NCBI GenBank assembly: GCA_010356995.1
Contig: ML996702.1
Span: 679,609 to 743,608, forward strand
Direction of reading: 5' to 3'
From: Trichodelitschia bisporula
Lineage: Eukaryota
DNA length: 64,000 nucleotides
Below the pieces are notes generated by a model, which made no database searches, was not told the origin of the DNA, and saw only the letters and a program-made list of their open reading frames with translations. Made by a program: the position numbers and the translations under genes. This document shows positions 1 through 11,877 of the stretch, in pieces. The stretch's first letter is position 1, and the number at the start of each line of letters is the position of its first letter.

Positions 1-1290
1 GTGGAACACTTTGAGAAGCCGACATTGCTGTAGCTTATTGCTGTCTGTACGGTATTTACTTGGCCAAATACTGACATTGCTGCCTCCGAGATCAAAGGTC
101 GTTCAGAAGGTGCAGTCTTGCCGTTCCAGAGGTGGAATGAGCGAGACTGCTTCGCTGAACGGATTGAAGCCTTGCATAATTAGAGGTCAAAGACCAGCAA
201 GAAAGTTCAGCATCCAGCCGTACAAATTCGACTCCCAATAAGAAGTCCATTCTGGTCGACAAAGACAATACTACCACTTTAAATCCGCAGGAAGGTGGAC
301 GCCATCTAGGGCTGGAAGCTTCAGGTCTGACCGGAACGGACAAAATGTACCTACAAAAGAAACAACTCTAGAAACCAAGAGACTCCGAAAACGCAAAAAG
401 GTCGAGGTACATATTATGACATATCCTTTAAACTTGGTTGTTCAGCTGCTACCATACCGGACAGTTGTTATGTCGGAGGGTCCAAAGGCTTGCTCGAGCT
501 CAGTGGTACTGCACCCTGTACCCTGCCCTCTACGGGTATCGGACAAGAGTCCGTGAAGTGCGTAGCAATCCTTTTGAAAAGGTGGAATGCACGGCGTTGC
601 AGTATGTAGTACCACACCGTCAACCCAGTCACGCTTGCAACAAGCGTCCCCTTGTTCCCACGAGCCTAAATCTCGCAGTGCGGACGCTGCACGCTCCGAA
701 GGTGCTTGTTGGGAACAAGGCCGGGTGTGCGGGGGATCTGCATTTTAGAACTACCGTAGATTGGGAGTTTTATATCTGCGCCTGGTAAGCTCGGCGATCG
801 GCCCCAGAAAGCGGACCGGGGCCGCGTACCCCACTAAGGACCCACGGGACCCACTATGACGTCACTCTCAAGATGGAATTTCCAACCAGCTGTGCTTCAT
901 GTTGCTCGCAGTGAATAGACGTGTGACCTGTGGTTGTTTGCGGCCGATTTTGCGCTTCATACTGCTGGAATGCGGACATTTTATTGTCTGCAGCAGCTTG
1001 ATGGAACGCTTGTTTGTTGAACCTGTGATTTGAATGTCGGGGTGAACCCAGCATTCCTACGCCCCTTTTCCGAGATGGAAAGCTTCTCCGCTATGGCCTT
1101 AACGATGTCGACTGCCGCAAGCCTATGCACCAAAACAGTCCTGTAGGCAAACTCAGTAATGTAGAGTCTGTCCCTTTGGAATCCATTCCAAGTTCTGTAG
1201 ATATGAAGCCATAGAAACTAAGCAAGAATTAGTCAAGAAATGTCCGTGTGATTTTTGATCTCGGGCACCTCAATGTCAATATCTCGGGCC

Positions 1291-1460
1291 GGCTATCCAG
1301 GATTTGGCATCTCCGCCGGCTCCCAAGGATTGGATATCTCCATCGGCTATCCAGGGTTGGACATCTCCGTCGGCCATGCAGGATTGGACCTCTCCGTCGG
1401 CTATCCAGGCATCGGCATCTCCGCGGCTACCCAGGATCTGATATCCCCTTCGGCTATCCG
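1291..1460. repeat. Degenerate 27-bp tandem repeat (~6.3 copies, consensus GGCTATCCAGGATTGGACATCTCCGTC)
   Basis: Units start at 1291, 1318, 1345, 1372, 1399, 1425 and 1452; one unit is 26 bp. Plus frame reads GYPGFGISA/GSQGLDISI/GYPGLDISV/GHAGLDLSV. Confidence 0.85.
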
Positions 1461-4400
1461 CGATTGATGCGCAGCATCAATGAACGATGGAAGGACGACC
1501 TTGATGTCGGGGCGCTTTCTGCTCGGCAGCAGATGAGTGTGGCCGAGTCAAGCACCATCGGGTGGGCAGAAGGTACGGCCAAGCAGGGCACCGTCGATTT
1601 CACTCCAAGCAACGACGATCAACAACCGCCAGCTGCCTTGGCTTCCAAACTCCTTGCACAAGGCTGAGAGCACGGTACCTGCATCCAACATCTCATCAGC
1701 AAGTGCCAGACATGCGAACAGGCACAAGTGGATCGGAGAGCAGTACTCGCCATAAACGCTGTTCCTCCACTGAGGTCAACATATTTTCTAACGGCCCCCA
1801 CGTAGAAGTCCCAAGACCCCTGCTCGGATTCCACTCTTGGCGCCATTTTCAATCGCAACCACACATCGTGAGCTCGGCTACCCTCAACACGTCACCATAT
1901 CACAACAACCCCCGAGAGGAGCTGCTCGATGCCTCCCAGTCACCCAACTGCACCACCTCATTCTTGTGTTTATATCCCAGGCACGGTATAGCGACCCAAA
2001 TCGCAGCATCAGCTTTTCATCCCTCCCGTCGTTCCTTCTTCCCATCGGGCGGCTTTTTGATACTGCCTTCAACCACCACCGATATCGGCGGCCCAAGTCC
2101 TACACATCTCCCATCTAGATCACTGTCTGTCTGTAAAGTACATGACGTCAGCTTCAGGGGTTACTCTTTCTCGTCGCTCTTTCCATCTTACCTCCCCAGC
2201 CCCATCTGCGCCAAAATCTCACTTTGGTTGCGCTGTCAGCAGCATGCCAAACTCTTGCGTGCAGGCGCTTCTCGACCACTTTCTTCTGCTTTGCACATAG
2301 GACTGCATAGTGCTAGCTTCATGCTCACTTCTTCCACCTCCTTCATCATCTTCATTCGGTGTGGTTCATCTCGGTACTGTCATCTCTTCTCCGCGCGAAA
2401 GCTCTTCTCCGACCACTTTCCTTGCGCTTCACACAAAGGGCTGCATAGTTCGAGCTTCATACCTACTTACCATGCTTCTTTTATCTCCTTCATCCGGTCC
2501 CATCCATATTGGTGCTGTCGTCGGTCCTTCTCAGTGCTGTCGTCCCTATCGTCATGGCGCCTGTCGGCTTTTCTCGGATGAGCGGGTTCAATCAAATCAC
2601 GCTTGGACAAGCGAGGATGGCCAGAAGCAAAAGGATTACGCAACAGCAATAACTAAGTCTCCGTCCCCAGCGCGTCGTCTCCTTGTCGTGTACTTGTCGT
2701 CATTGCCACCGCCATACCTGCCTTGCTCAGTTCATGTTCTCGCCGTCGGATTGCCTCACCTTACCCACAACTGAGCCCCAAGCGTCCTCGCTTTGATTGG
2801 TCCTCTCCCGGCGAGCTACACTTCCATCGTCTGTACACTCAGACCCAAACAATCCCTCCACGCTGTGTGTATACCTTCACACTGTGTGCCATCAGCGCTG
2901 CCTTGGCGCCATCCACGCTGCTTGATGGTCACCCACGCTGTTTGATGGCTACCCACGCTTGTTTACACCCTCCACATGAAGGACCGGATCTGATGGGCCG
3001 ATACAAGCCAGCAGGACGAATCAGAGAAAGGGGTTTGCCTACATTAGCACAGTATATAGAGCCAACAACGCCTTGGCCGGGCCTGGACTTCCGTGATTAC
3101 CCCTGCCCTCCCCAAGCTCACTGTCTGTCCCCTGGCTGAAACTACACTTGACAGGCGGCCCACTCGGCGATCGCGGACGGCCCGTGCCGCGATCGCTCAC
3201 GATCTATTCCATCATCGCTCTTTCCACACGCTAGCGTAGAGTCTCACCCCCCTGCTTTCCCATAGGAGCTTGATTGCGCCACAGCTGGATCGTGAGGTGA
3301 GCAGTGACAAGAAAACTGCTCAGACCCACAAAAAGCTCCCTGGGAGGCATGAGCGCCAGTACACGACGCAGTCACCGCCTTACGTCGCCCCAGCTGTGTA
3401 GTGACCCCTTCGGGCGCGGAGGTTGAGTGAGGATAATGAGATGGGGCCGCACAGACTGAGACCTGGAGGCAAGAATGCGAAAGCATTATGTAGTCAAGCA
3501 CGTAGAATCGTTCAAGAAATGGCAGTCAATTGTTAAGGCTTTGGTACCTGGTCAAAATCGATACCATAGCTCACATTTTGAATCTCGTTCACTGCAAAAG
3601 CATCACCAACTGACTCGTTAGCCCTCAGGGACCATTCAAAATCCCTCACGGAGTCCTCTTTCGCCGTGCCCGTGTGCTGATTTTCATACGCAGTCTACGA
3701 GCCTGACATCACGGCTGAGAGTCCCGAATTATCAGATGAAGACCAATGTTATCCCGGCCGATCCATCTGAGGCATCGAAAGGTTGAACTTTGGGCTGCAT
3801 TAGCACGGATTGACTTCATCCGTAACTCCCTCTGAGTTCAGGTGTATTTTGACTGTACACTATGCAGTATTGTACACATGCTCTCTTCGTAGCAATGCCA
3901 AAAAGCCTGGGGGGTCATGCACATATTCCTCATCCTGTTGGCACGCTAACCCCCGGACCCTAAGTTGATATCGATGCCTGAGCCTGTACTATGTGACGAT
4001 CCGGCTCTCATCACTGGCCTCGAAAGATGGCCGACATCCGACCCGACTTTAGGTTTCCCTACACTGCTTACGACTACCCGGGAAGCGTACCACACTCACC
4101 CTCCTCCATTTTCCTTCTTAAACCCCCAGCACCCCTCCCCTCCGCATATCAGCTCTCTCTCTCCATCCAAACTCTCGTTCTCCTCAAAATCTGTAAGCCA
4201 GTAGTGATTGCACAGTGTCATCGAGTTCTCTCGAGCCTTTCTATCAAGTGACATTCCCATTTCTGGCCTATGATCCATACAGCCACCGGTAGCCTGACTA
4301 CCAATACTCATACTCTCCTCCCATCTCCAACCCTGACTCTCATATCTATCCCATCCCCTCTGAGTCCGTTGCCGGCATAACCAGCAACAACCTTCTCGGC

Positions 4401-4544
4401 GTTACCATCTCACAGCACACTCTATTCTTTTTGTTTTCTCACCCACCGTCCCGCCTCTCCACCCCTATCCTTTTCTCCCCTCATCATCCCCATCACCAAC
4501 CACGTCCCTCACATCGCTATTGTGGTGCCAAATTCCTCCCCATC

Positions 4545-6604
4545 ATGACCAACTCGGACCAGTTCGCGTTCATGCAGGAGAACGCGGCTCAGCAGCCGAG
4601 CACTGCTCAGTCCGCTATGACTGGCGGTCATGGCCCCCAGAACTCCGTCGTACACCACCAACCCACAGGTAAGGCATCTGGTATTTTCCGTTGAACAAGG
4701 AGTGAGGTCTAATACAGTGCAAGGCGCAGCTCAGCAGCAAATGCTTGATGATCCCCTCGCAACGACTGCCGCTCCATTCGGCCATGGATTCCTTCAATAT
4801 TCTCCCCCACTTTCTGGTAAGGCATCTGGTATTTTCTGTTAAGGCAAAACTGACCTCTGGTACAGTACAAAACGCGGCTCAGCAGCCGTGGCCTATTGGC
4901 GTGTCTAACATGGGCTCGCAATTCAACGGGACCTTTTACATACACCCCCCAATTCCCACAGGTAAATCATTTGGTGTTTCCGTCGAGCAATGATTGATCT
5001 CTGGTACAGTGCAAAGCGGAGTTCAGCTACTGCCGCAGTCCGGGCCGTATCCTGATATTTATTGGCTCGTTCAGCCCTACTTTACAACCGGCTTTGCTCC
5101 ATTGGACTCATCCACATCCTTCACTACCGCGGACAGCAACAATTTGAGCAGTGAGGGTTCCGAACCTCTCTCCTACGGGTTTGTGGACACTGGGACACAA
5201 TCGGGGACTGCTACCGACGCTACCGGCTTCACCCTGGAGATGGATGTAATTTTGAAAGCAGTGGCCCTAGGCTTGCACAATACCTCAAAATCGGGCACGC
5301 ATCCCCCGGCGCCTCATGTGCTGCCCGCCCAACCAGCGGCGCAGCCTTATCAATATTCATTCAACGGCCTTACAGGCTATCCACAACAGGGGCCGAGCAC
5401 AACGGGGGGGGATGCCTCGACTTCCCTCCCTGTACCCCCCTCAATTGCGCTGCCAGCCCAAACCAACGCCCAGCCTAGTCAAGGGCAAGACAATGGCCTT
5501 AAGGTCAATACACAGCAAGGGCCCGGCACAACGCTGGTCAACACCTCGACCTCACGCCCAGCACCCGCCTTATCCGCTCCCCCTTCCGCCTCACAAGCTC
5601 CCTCACGCAGAGTCCGCAATACGAACACATCTCGTCGCACACCTTATTCCCGGCCAGTGGCTAGCTCCAAAGGCAAGTCGAGAGCCCCACAAGCCGCCGC
5701 TCGCCCTTGCAATAACTTTCCCGATACAACAGTTCTGCAGAGCGCCAACGCGGTTCCAGCTTGCTTCTCTGAATTGAAGCAACAAATGCCGAATGGCGTT
5801 GACGTTAAGAATCTTGACGAGAATATGGCACACCAGGTTCAGAAGGAGTGGAAGCTGGCTGACGAGTCCTGGGATAACACCCGAGCTCAAAAGTCTGCCA
5901 TCTTTCTGCGGATTCCGGGTACAATTGGGGACGGCCCGAGCGCGTGGAAGACAGTCTATATGGAAGGCCCCAGCAGCCATCAAACGCGCTGTATTACCGA
6001 AGCCAAGGAGCTTATGGAGCAGGCAGTGCTCGGGACAGCACAGCGCGGCCATGTTTTGACGAAGGAGACCAAGCAACAATGTTGCAAGGTGTGTCAGGTT
6101 GTGGCCCGCACGGCTCCGCACAAGAACCTGCGTAAGGCTGTGGAGGAACAGTCCTCGTCGACACTGCGCAAGGGTGAGAGGCGCGATCGGGTACCGCGTG
6201 CGACGCAGCGGTGCACGGACTGCGATATCTACATTTGCTCCAAGTGTATCCACATCCACGAGAAGGTGGCCAAAAATGCCCTGACGGGTCTGGGGCTTTG
6301 GGAGAGCATCAAGGAGGTCCAAGAGACCTTCGATTGGATTCTCGCAACCACTGGCTTGGAAATTGCATCCCCCCCGACCACGCCTCCTGGATCGGGGACG
6401 CAATCTGCGCAGAGTTTAGAGTCGGCAGAGGGGTTTGATTTGGTGGCAGCAGCGCAGGATGCGGGCTTGCCACCACTGGTGGAGACGGTCCAGCAGCCGC
6501 TGGGGGAGACCGCCCAGCAGCCGCTGGGTGAGACCTTCCAGCAGCCGCTGGAAGAGCCGACGCAGATGATGTTCTGGGGCGGCTTTAGCGTGCGGGACTT
6601 CTAA
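4545..6604 (+). CDS. Four-exon protein (~637 aa) with a P/S/T/Q-rich N-terminal half and a C-terminal Cys/His zinc finger resembling the piggyBac transposase cysteine-rich domain
   Basis: ATG at 4545. GT-AG introns 4669-4717, 4817-4865 and 4962-5009 (all phase 1) join in frame to the 536-aa ORF ending at 6604. Motif HVLTKETKQQCCKVC...PRATQRCTDCDIYICSKCIHIH. C-terminal ETxQQPLG x3. Confidence 0.7.
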
Positions 6605-6739
6605 GTGGGGAGAGCGTGAACTGGGCCAGCGTTGGAAACCGGAGAACGCGGCGGTTTCAGGGATGGGGTGTGGACTGGCGTTTGCGTTTAAAGACGCTTC
6701 TGGCATTGGCATTTGTATGGAGTTCGATTGTGATATACC

Positions 6740-6867
6740 GTGGCATTTGGAGAAGGGTAGCTGTTGTTCATCTGGATTTTGCGTGGAGTTTGAGATACCT
6801 GCCGCGAGTGGCATTGGGGGAAGGGCAGCTGTTGTCCATCTGGATTTTGCATGGAGTTTGAGATACT
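6740..6867. repeat. Imperfect direct duplication (period 68 bp) downstream of the 4545-6604 gene
   Basis: GTGGCATT(T/G)G..GAAGGG(T/C)AGCTGTTGT(T/C)CATCTGGATTTTGC(G/A)TGGAGTTTGAGATAC at 6740 and 6808. Confidence 0.8.
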
Positions 6868-7653
6868 AGCGGTGTGTGGCCTTGGTGGCTGCTTGCGTTG
6901 ATATATTTGATGTGGATTGGGCAGGCGCATTGATACCCAGGGGAAGGAACCTGGAAGAAGGATATCCGGCGTACACATTGTGTTTAGTCCAGAGAGGCTC
7001 CGCATCTTGCCTCCTCTATCATTCGGTGTCATTCACCGCACTTTCATTCTACCCTCGTTGCTTCGCCCGTGCTGAATTCACCCTCCCATAGTACTGAACT
7101 CACGAGATGTGTTATATTCTTGAGAACGCAAACGTATTTCACGTGCCGATGCTGTATGCTACAAGACTGTTCACTGGCGGAGAAGTTGAAACTGTTGACA
7201 AAACCGGCACTTGGGTAGACAGAGCAAAAGCGAAGCCTTATAAGCTTAAAGACTATATGCGACTATCCACACGATTCCCTCACGTGTACATTACCCAGCC
7301 GCAGCGGACACAGCAATGATTCCAACGCCGTCTGCAGCGCTGATAAGTTCCTCTTTCAAATGCCACGATGCACAGTGCCCCAATCCAAATGAATCCCGCC
7401 GCCCAACCTCCGCAGCACAACGAAAACGCCCCCCAAAGAATGCAGGTATGCAATCCAAACGCCAAACCCCACCAAAGCTCACCCGCCGTCTAGTCAATTA
7501 AGCATTAGGAATAATCGCACCGAAGTCAAGATCCGATTACGCAGCAGAAGCCGAGCATCCCAAGCCCAGCCGCGCCCACCCAAACACCTCCCATCACCCA
7601 CCCCAACTCCCCAACGCCCCAGCCCACCACCAAGGAAAATGCCAAAGAAAAGC

Positions 7654-8833
7654 CTAGCACCCGGCATAAACCGCTAGACACGTCAGCTCGTCCCACTCAA
7701 CCACAAAAGAACAAGACACTCACCATTCGCAAAAAGGGCATAAGTATCCGCATTCCCCAGGGCCATCTCCGCCCCCAGTTCCCGCACACTCTCGTACCCA
7801 TACCCATTATCCTCCGTCCCGGGACTGTACACCCCAGGCGCGTGCGTCATCTCATGCAGTGTCGTCGTCGCCTGGTCCTGCGCGTGGCACACTTTGCTCA
7901 CGGTCCCAAACTCGGTAAAATACAGCGGGCAGTTAACCACCGCATTCACGCTCGGCACCGTGTATGCGAGTACGCCGGCCTCGCACCCGCCCCAGCTGTC
8001 CGTGCAACTCATACTCGTAGCACCTCCCGCAGTGGTCCCGCATTCAGCGGCCACGGCCGCGTACCGCGCGGCGACGGTGGCCCGCGTCCCCGCGTCCGTG
8101 TTGCGGAAGTACGAGGCGAATTTGGACGCCGGGGCTGATGACGCAGCGGCGGCGGCGGCGGTGGCAAGGGACGCGCAGGTTGCGAGCGCGGACTTTATAG
8201 CGGGGGCGTTGCGTCCGCAGTCAGACTTGAGGAGCGTCTCAGCAGCGCGGCGTTTTAGTGCCCGGGCTACGGCGCCGGCGGCGGCACCGTCGACCGCGAG
8301 GGTGAGAGTGTTGGATTTGTACGCTGCGGCGCGGAGGGCGGTGGCGGAGGTGCTGAGGGTGTACGAGATTACGCCCGCTGTGTGCACGGTGTAGTGCCCG
8401 CCTGGGGAGAGGTCGTGGAGCGCGGCGAGGTTGATGCGTGTTTTGAGGGAGGAGTGGGCCGGGAGGGAGGTGAAGGCGGTGCTGTTGAGGTTGGAGGTCA
8501 GGATGCGTTTGCGGATGCCGAGGAACGGGGGTTTGGTTTGGGTGCCTGGTGGGTTAGCGGCGTGGGGAGAGGATTTGGCTGGGTGGGGGACGGACTGGTC
8601 AACACGGTGAGTTTTTCCACAGGCGACGCGTCGAGGAATGTGCCCTGGCTGAGGAGATGCAGGTCTTGCGAGCCGGTGTTTGTAATTAGTGCTTCGACGA
8701 GCGCGTTGCCCACCGCCCGGAGCTCGACGACGAGTGTGCTGGCGGCTGAGGCAGGTTCGAGTGGCGCGGGTGTAGGGACGGCAGCAACGACCGCGCCCAG
8801 CGCGGCGCCCACGAAAAACGACGAAAGCTTCAT
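7654..8833 (-). CDS. Deuterolysin / neutral protease 2 (peptidase M35), secreted zinc metalloprotease
   Basis: Signal peptide MKLSSFFVGAALGAVVAA; prodomain ending KR; HEMTH zinc motif, GTEDNGYG and NADTY. Two introns; short last exon gives ...ANAVYAGC*. Confidence 0.93.
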
Positions 8834-10753
8834 GACGAGCTAAACGCCAAACGCCGGACGAGAATAAAAGAACCGGTGGCCCGCGCAATGCTGAGCGAAA
8901 TTAATTAAGAGGCCGGGAGGGCCCGCTTTATGACCTCTGGCCTGGGACCACGATGCCATGAGGCGCATTAGCTGCGGTGCTACGTCCAAGGGGTGGCTAT
9001 CGTGGCCGCGGCGGCCATGTGGGCGTCATTGGCTGGGTTAGGTGCGATGCGGCAGGTGAGCGAGCTGTCCGGTGTCGGCTCACCCCCGGGCACTGCGGGC
9101 CGCATGACTAGTTCGAGCTTCCGCAGTAGGCGGCTGGGGGCCCATGTGTAGGCCGGAAGCTTGGTGTGTCAGCCATGAAGGCCGGGAAGAGCAGGAGACG
9201 TAGGCCAAAAGCCGGGAGCAGCAGGAAGAAGGGTGGGCGGGAAGATAGGCTGGGGAGTGCGCGCAGGCTGGGGAGCGCGTAGGTAAGCACTGGACGCTGA
9301 CTTCCGGGGATGCTGAGACACGAATCTGCTAACCGAGATATAGAAGCTTGAAGCCATTACCCTACGAGCAAAAACAGGGTCCGGCCAGCTTCTCAGCTTG
9401 GGAATATGCAGTCCGTCTCCCGCCGCCCTGTTCACGCATGCGGGGGCCGCACACGGCCTGCGCGGTCCGACGGGGCCGGATCGACGGGCGGTGCGTGGCT
9501 ACGATATGGTGAAAACCAAGTGAAACCCGGGTGAGGTCGAAGACGCGCTCAGCGAGGGGAAATCAGCGCAGCAAGGACGGGGGGTGGAGATAGATTAAAT
9601 GGTCCGGGGCGACGAGGCTGGCGGCCTGGTTTTGAGACCCTGCCTTAGGCCCGGGAGGGAAGGTTGAAAGAAGGTTGGGCCGGGGAGCCTGGCTGTGGCG
9701 CTTTTTTTGGCGGGGCGCGTGCGCGTGGGTTGGGGATGGCGTCGGGGGCAGGGTGGGACAGGCCGGGGTTTGCCGTGTGTGGTTCGGGAGGGAGCTTGGG
9801 GGCGTGTTGGAGTGTTCATCTTCTTCCGTCTGCGGTATGTGCTCTTGTGGGGTTGATGGGCGCGCGTTGTGATGCTCAGGAACCATCGCAAGCTATTAAA
9901 AGCTGCTTCATCGACGCGCGACACGAGTCGTACCCGATCGCCATGCAGCGCCCTGCCCAGCGTCAGCGTCGCGACTTATCTACGTCCAGTGTTTTGAAGC
10001 GGCCCCAAGCTGCCGTATCGGCGGTTGCTTATCCCCACTGGACAACTCAGTTTCCCGTTTCGGTCCCGCTGTGGAGGTGGAGATACTTGGCACAATGGCC
10101 TGGTATGGCAACGCTGCTGACAGTCAAGCAGTGAAGCACTGCGAACCTTCTCCTTTTGTGTTCTTGATGCTACCATGATGCGCTGAAGTGGTGGTGGTGT
10201 TTGAACGCCTCGTGGCCGACGGTGGAGTCTCCGGAATGGCGATCGTCTCGCGTGCGCCGGGATGGGCATCCGTCGGCTTGGTTTCTGCTTCTTTCTTCCC
10301 GAATGGGATTCTCGAGCGAGTTTCAGTCAGTATTGGGATGGCCGCGGAGAATGCCTTGAGGCGATCGGAGGTGGAGTAACCCTCTGATGTCACTTTCACA
10401 TGTCGCTGTTGATACTGAATTGGGATGAGCGGGAATGGTTGCGTTTCCGCCTCACCCGCTTGATTTTCAGGAGTGAGTTTGTCAGCTTCGGGATCGGCCA
10501 ATGTCTCAGCACGGCTTCCCACCGACGGGTAGCGGTACAGGCGCGACAAGATGTCTCTGCCGATTACTCCGCTGAAGACTCTGACCAAAGGCTATCCGAA
10601 GAAATGATGAGCGCTCCACCCCGATAGTTTCTGCCTCTTCCTAAGCGTAAGCCTCGGCAAGAGTCGGCCATAACTTCTTCCGGGGGAGCCCATTATCCTT
10701 TTTGTTTTGCCTTGCATTATTTTCAAAACAATTGAACGATTTCACATTCAATC

Positions 10754-10852
10754 GGCAAGGTGGCCGAGTTGGTTAAGGCGTCAGGTTAAGGTCTCCCTTA
10801 GCACAATATCCTGATTCAGAAATGAGCACGAGTTCGAATCTCGTCCTTGTCA
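10754..10852 (+). tRNA. tRNA-Leu, anticodon AAG, with ~17-nt intron (10792-10808)
   Basis: Acceptor stem GGCAAGG/CCTTGTC; A box TGGCCGAGTTGG; anticodon stem TCAGG/CCTGA around TTAAGG; long variable arm; B box GTTCGAATC; oligo-T at 10859-10863. Confidence 0.92.
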
Positions 10853-11877
10853 ATATCCTTTTTGCCCGATTTCCGATCGTGAGGTTTATGGTTGCGCTAA
10901 ACTATTGGGCCCATCGCTCCTTTTTGGCCTTGCCTAAAGCGGCCCTTCACAGACCGGCGCATCGACATCTAGATGTCTTGGCTCCAAGACTGATAGGCAG
11001 ATTGTGGTCGAGGGGATTAAGGATACCAATCATACAAGCCAGGGCTATTTTTTCAACCCGTGAGATGTCTATGTGTCTGTGTACGCAAATTTCACCATCA
11101 TGGCGTGCGATATGCTATCCGATAAGTGACACGCCACCAGCATAGCCTACTGCCTACGAGCTACGCAAGGCTGTAGACCCGCCCAGGCCGCAAACCCTGT
11201 GACGAGCACTGCTAATGTACAAACCGCACGTTCAACGGCTTTGAAGTAAAGACCGACGATGAGATTAGTTAACAAGTGCAGACCGGGTCTGGGAACTGTG
11301 ATCCCTCGCCCAGGCACGACGGCGTAGAGGATGCTCACTCGAGGGTGTGGAGGATGCTCACTCGACAGCGGAGACGGGAGGGGAGCTGCCAAGGGAGGCG
11401 AATGTCACGCAGATATAAACTTGCAAAACATGTGGATGAGCCGGGTGTGACGTATGTGCCGAAGTGAGCCGCGGGGAGCGTCGGTGGTTGCTCCAGCGGC
11501 GTGCACATCTCAATCCAGCGATCTGTGCATGAACTGAAGTGCCTCCAAGCTGGCTAAGAATCCTTCCCTGACAAGTGATGTACAACCGCCTCAAAACTCT
11601 CTCAAACACCCGCATTCCAGTGGAGCCTGAATACTACGGTCGTCAACCACGGCAACCCCCGCCATCGGCCCTCCCCCAACACCGACCTCCACGCGGCCCC
11701 ATCCAGACCCAGTGCGTCAGCGTACCAGACATCCGCACCATGGCGTGCGGGTGGCTGCGGTATGTCCGGAGGGATAGGCGCGGTGCGGGAAGGGACACTA
11801 GTTCTACTACGTGGGAGTCAGACGGCTCTCCGCACTTAAGGACCTAACTGTCCGGTTTTTTTCACGGGTTTGCGATC

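Noticed and set aside
1562..2581. 339-aa plus-strand ORF
   Set aside because: Ser/Phe/His-rich composition typical of an antisense or non-coding pyrimidine-rich strand; no recognisable motif.
10124..10588. 154-aa minus-strand ORF beside the tRNA
   Set aside because: No ATG start, no motif and no supporting splice structure found.
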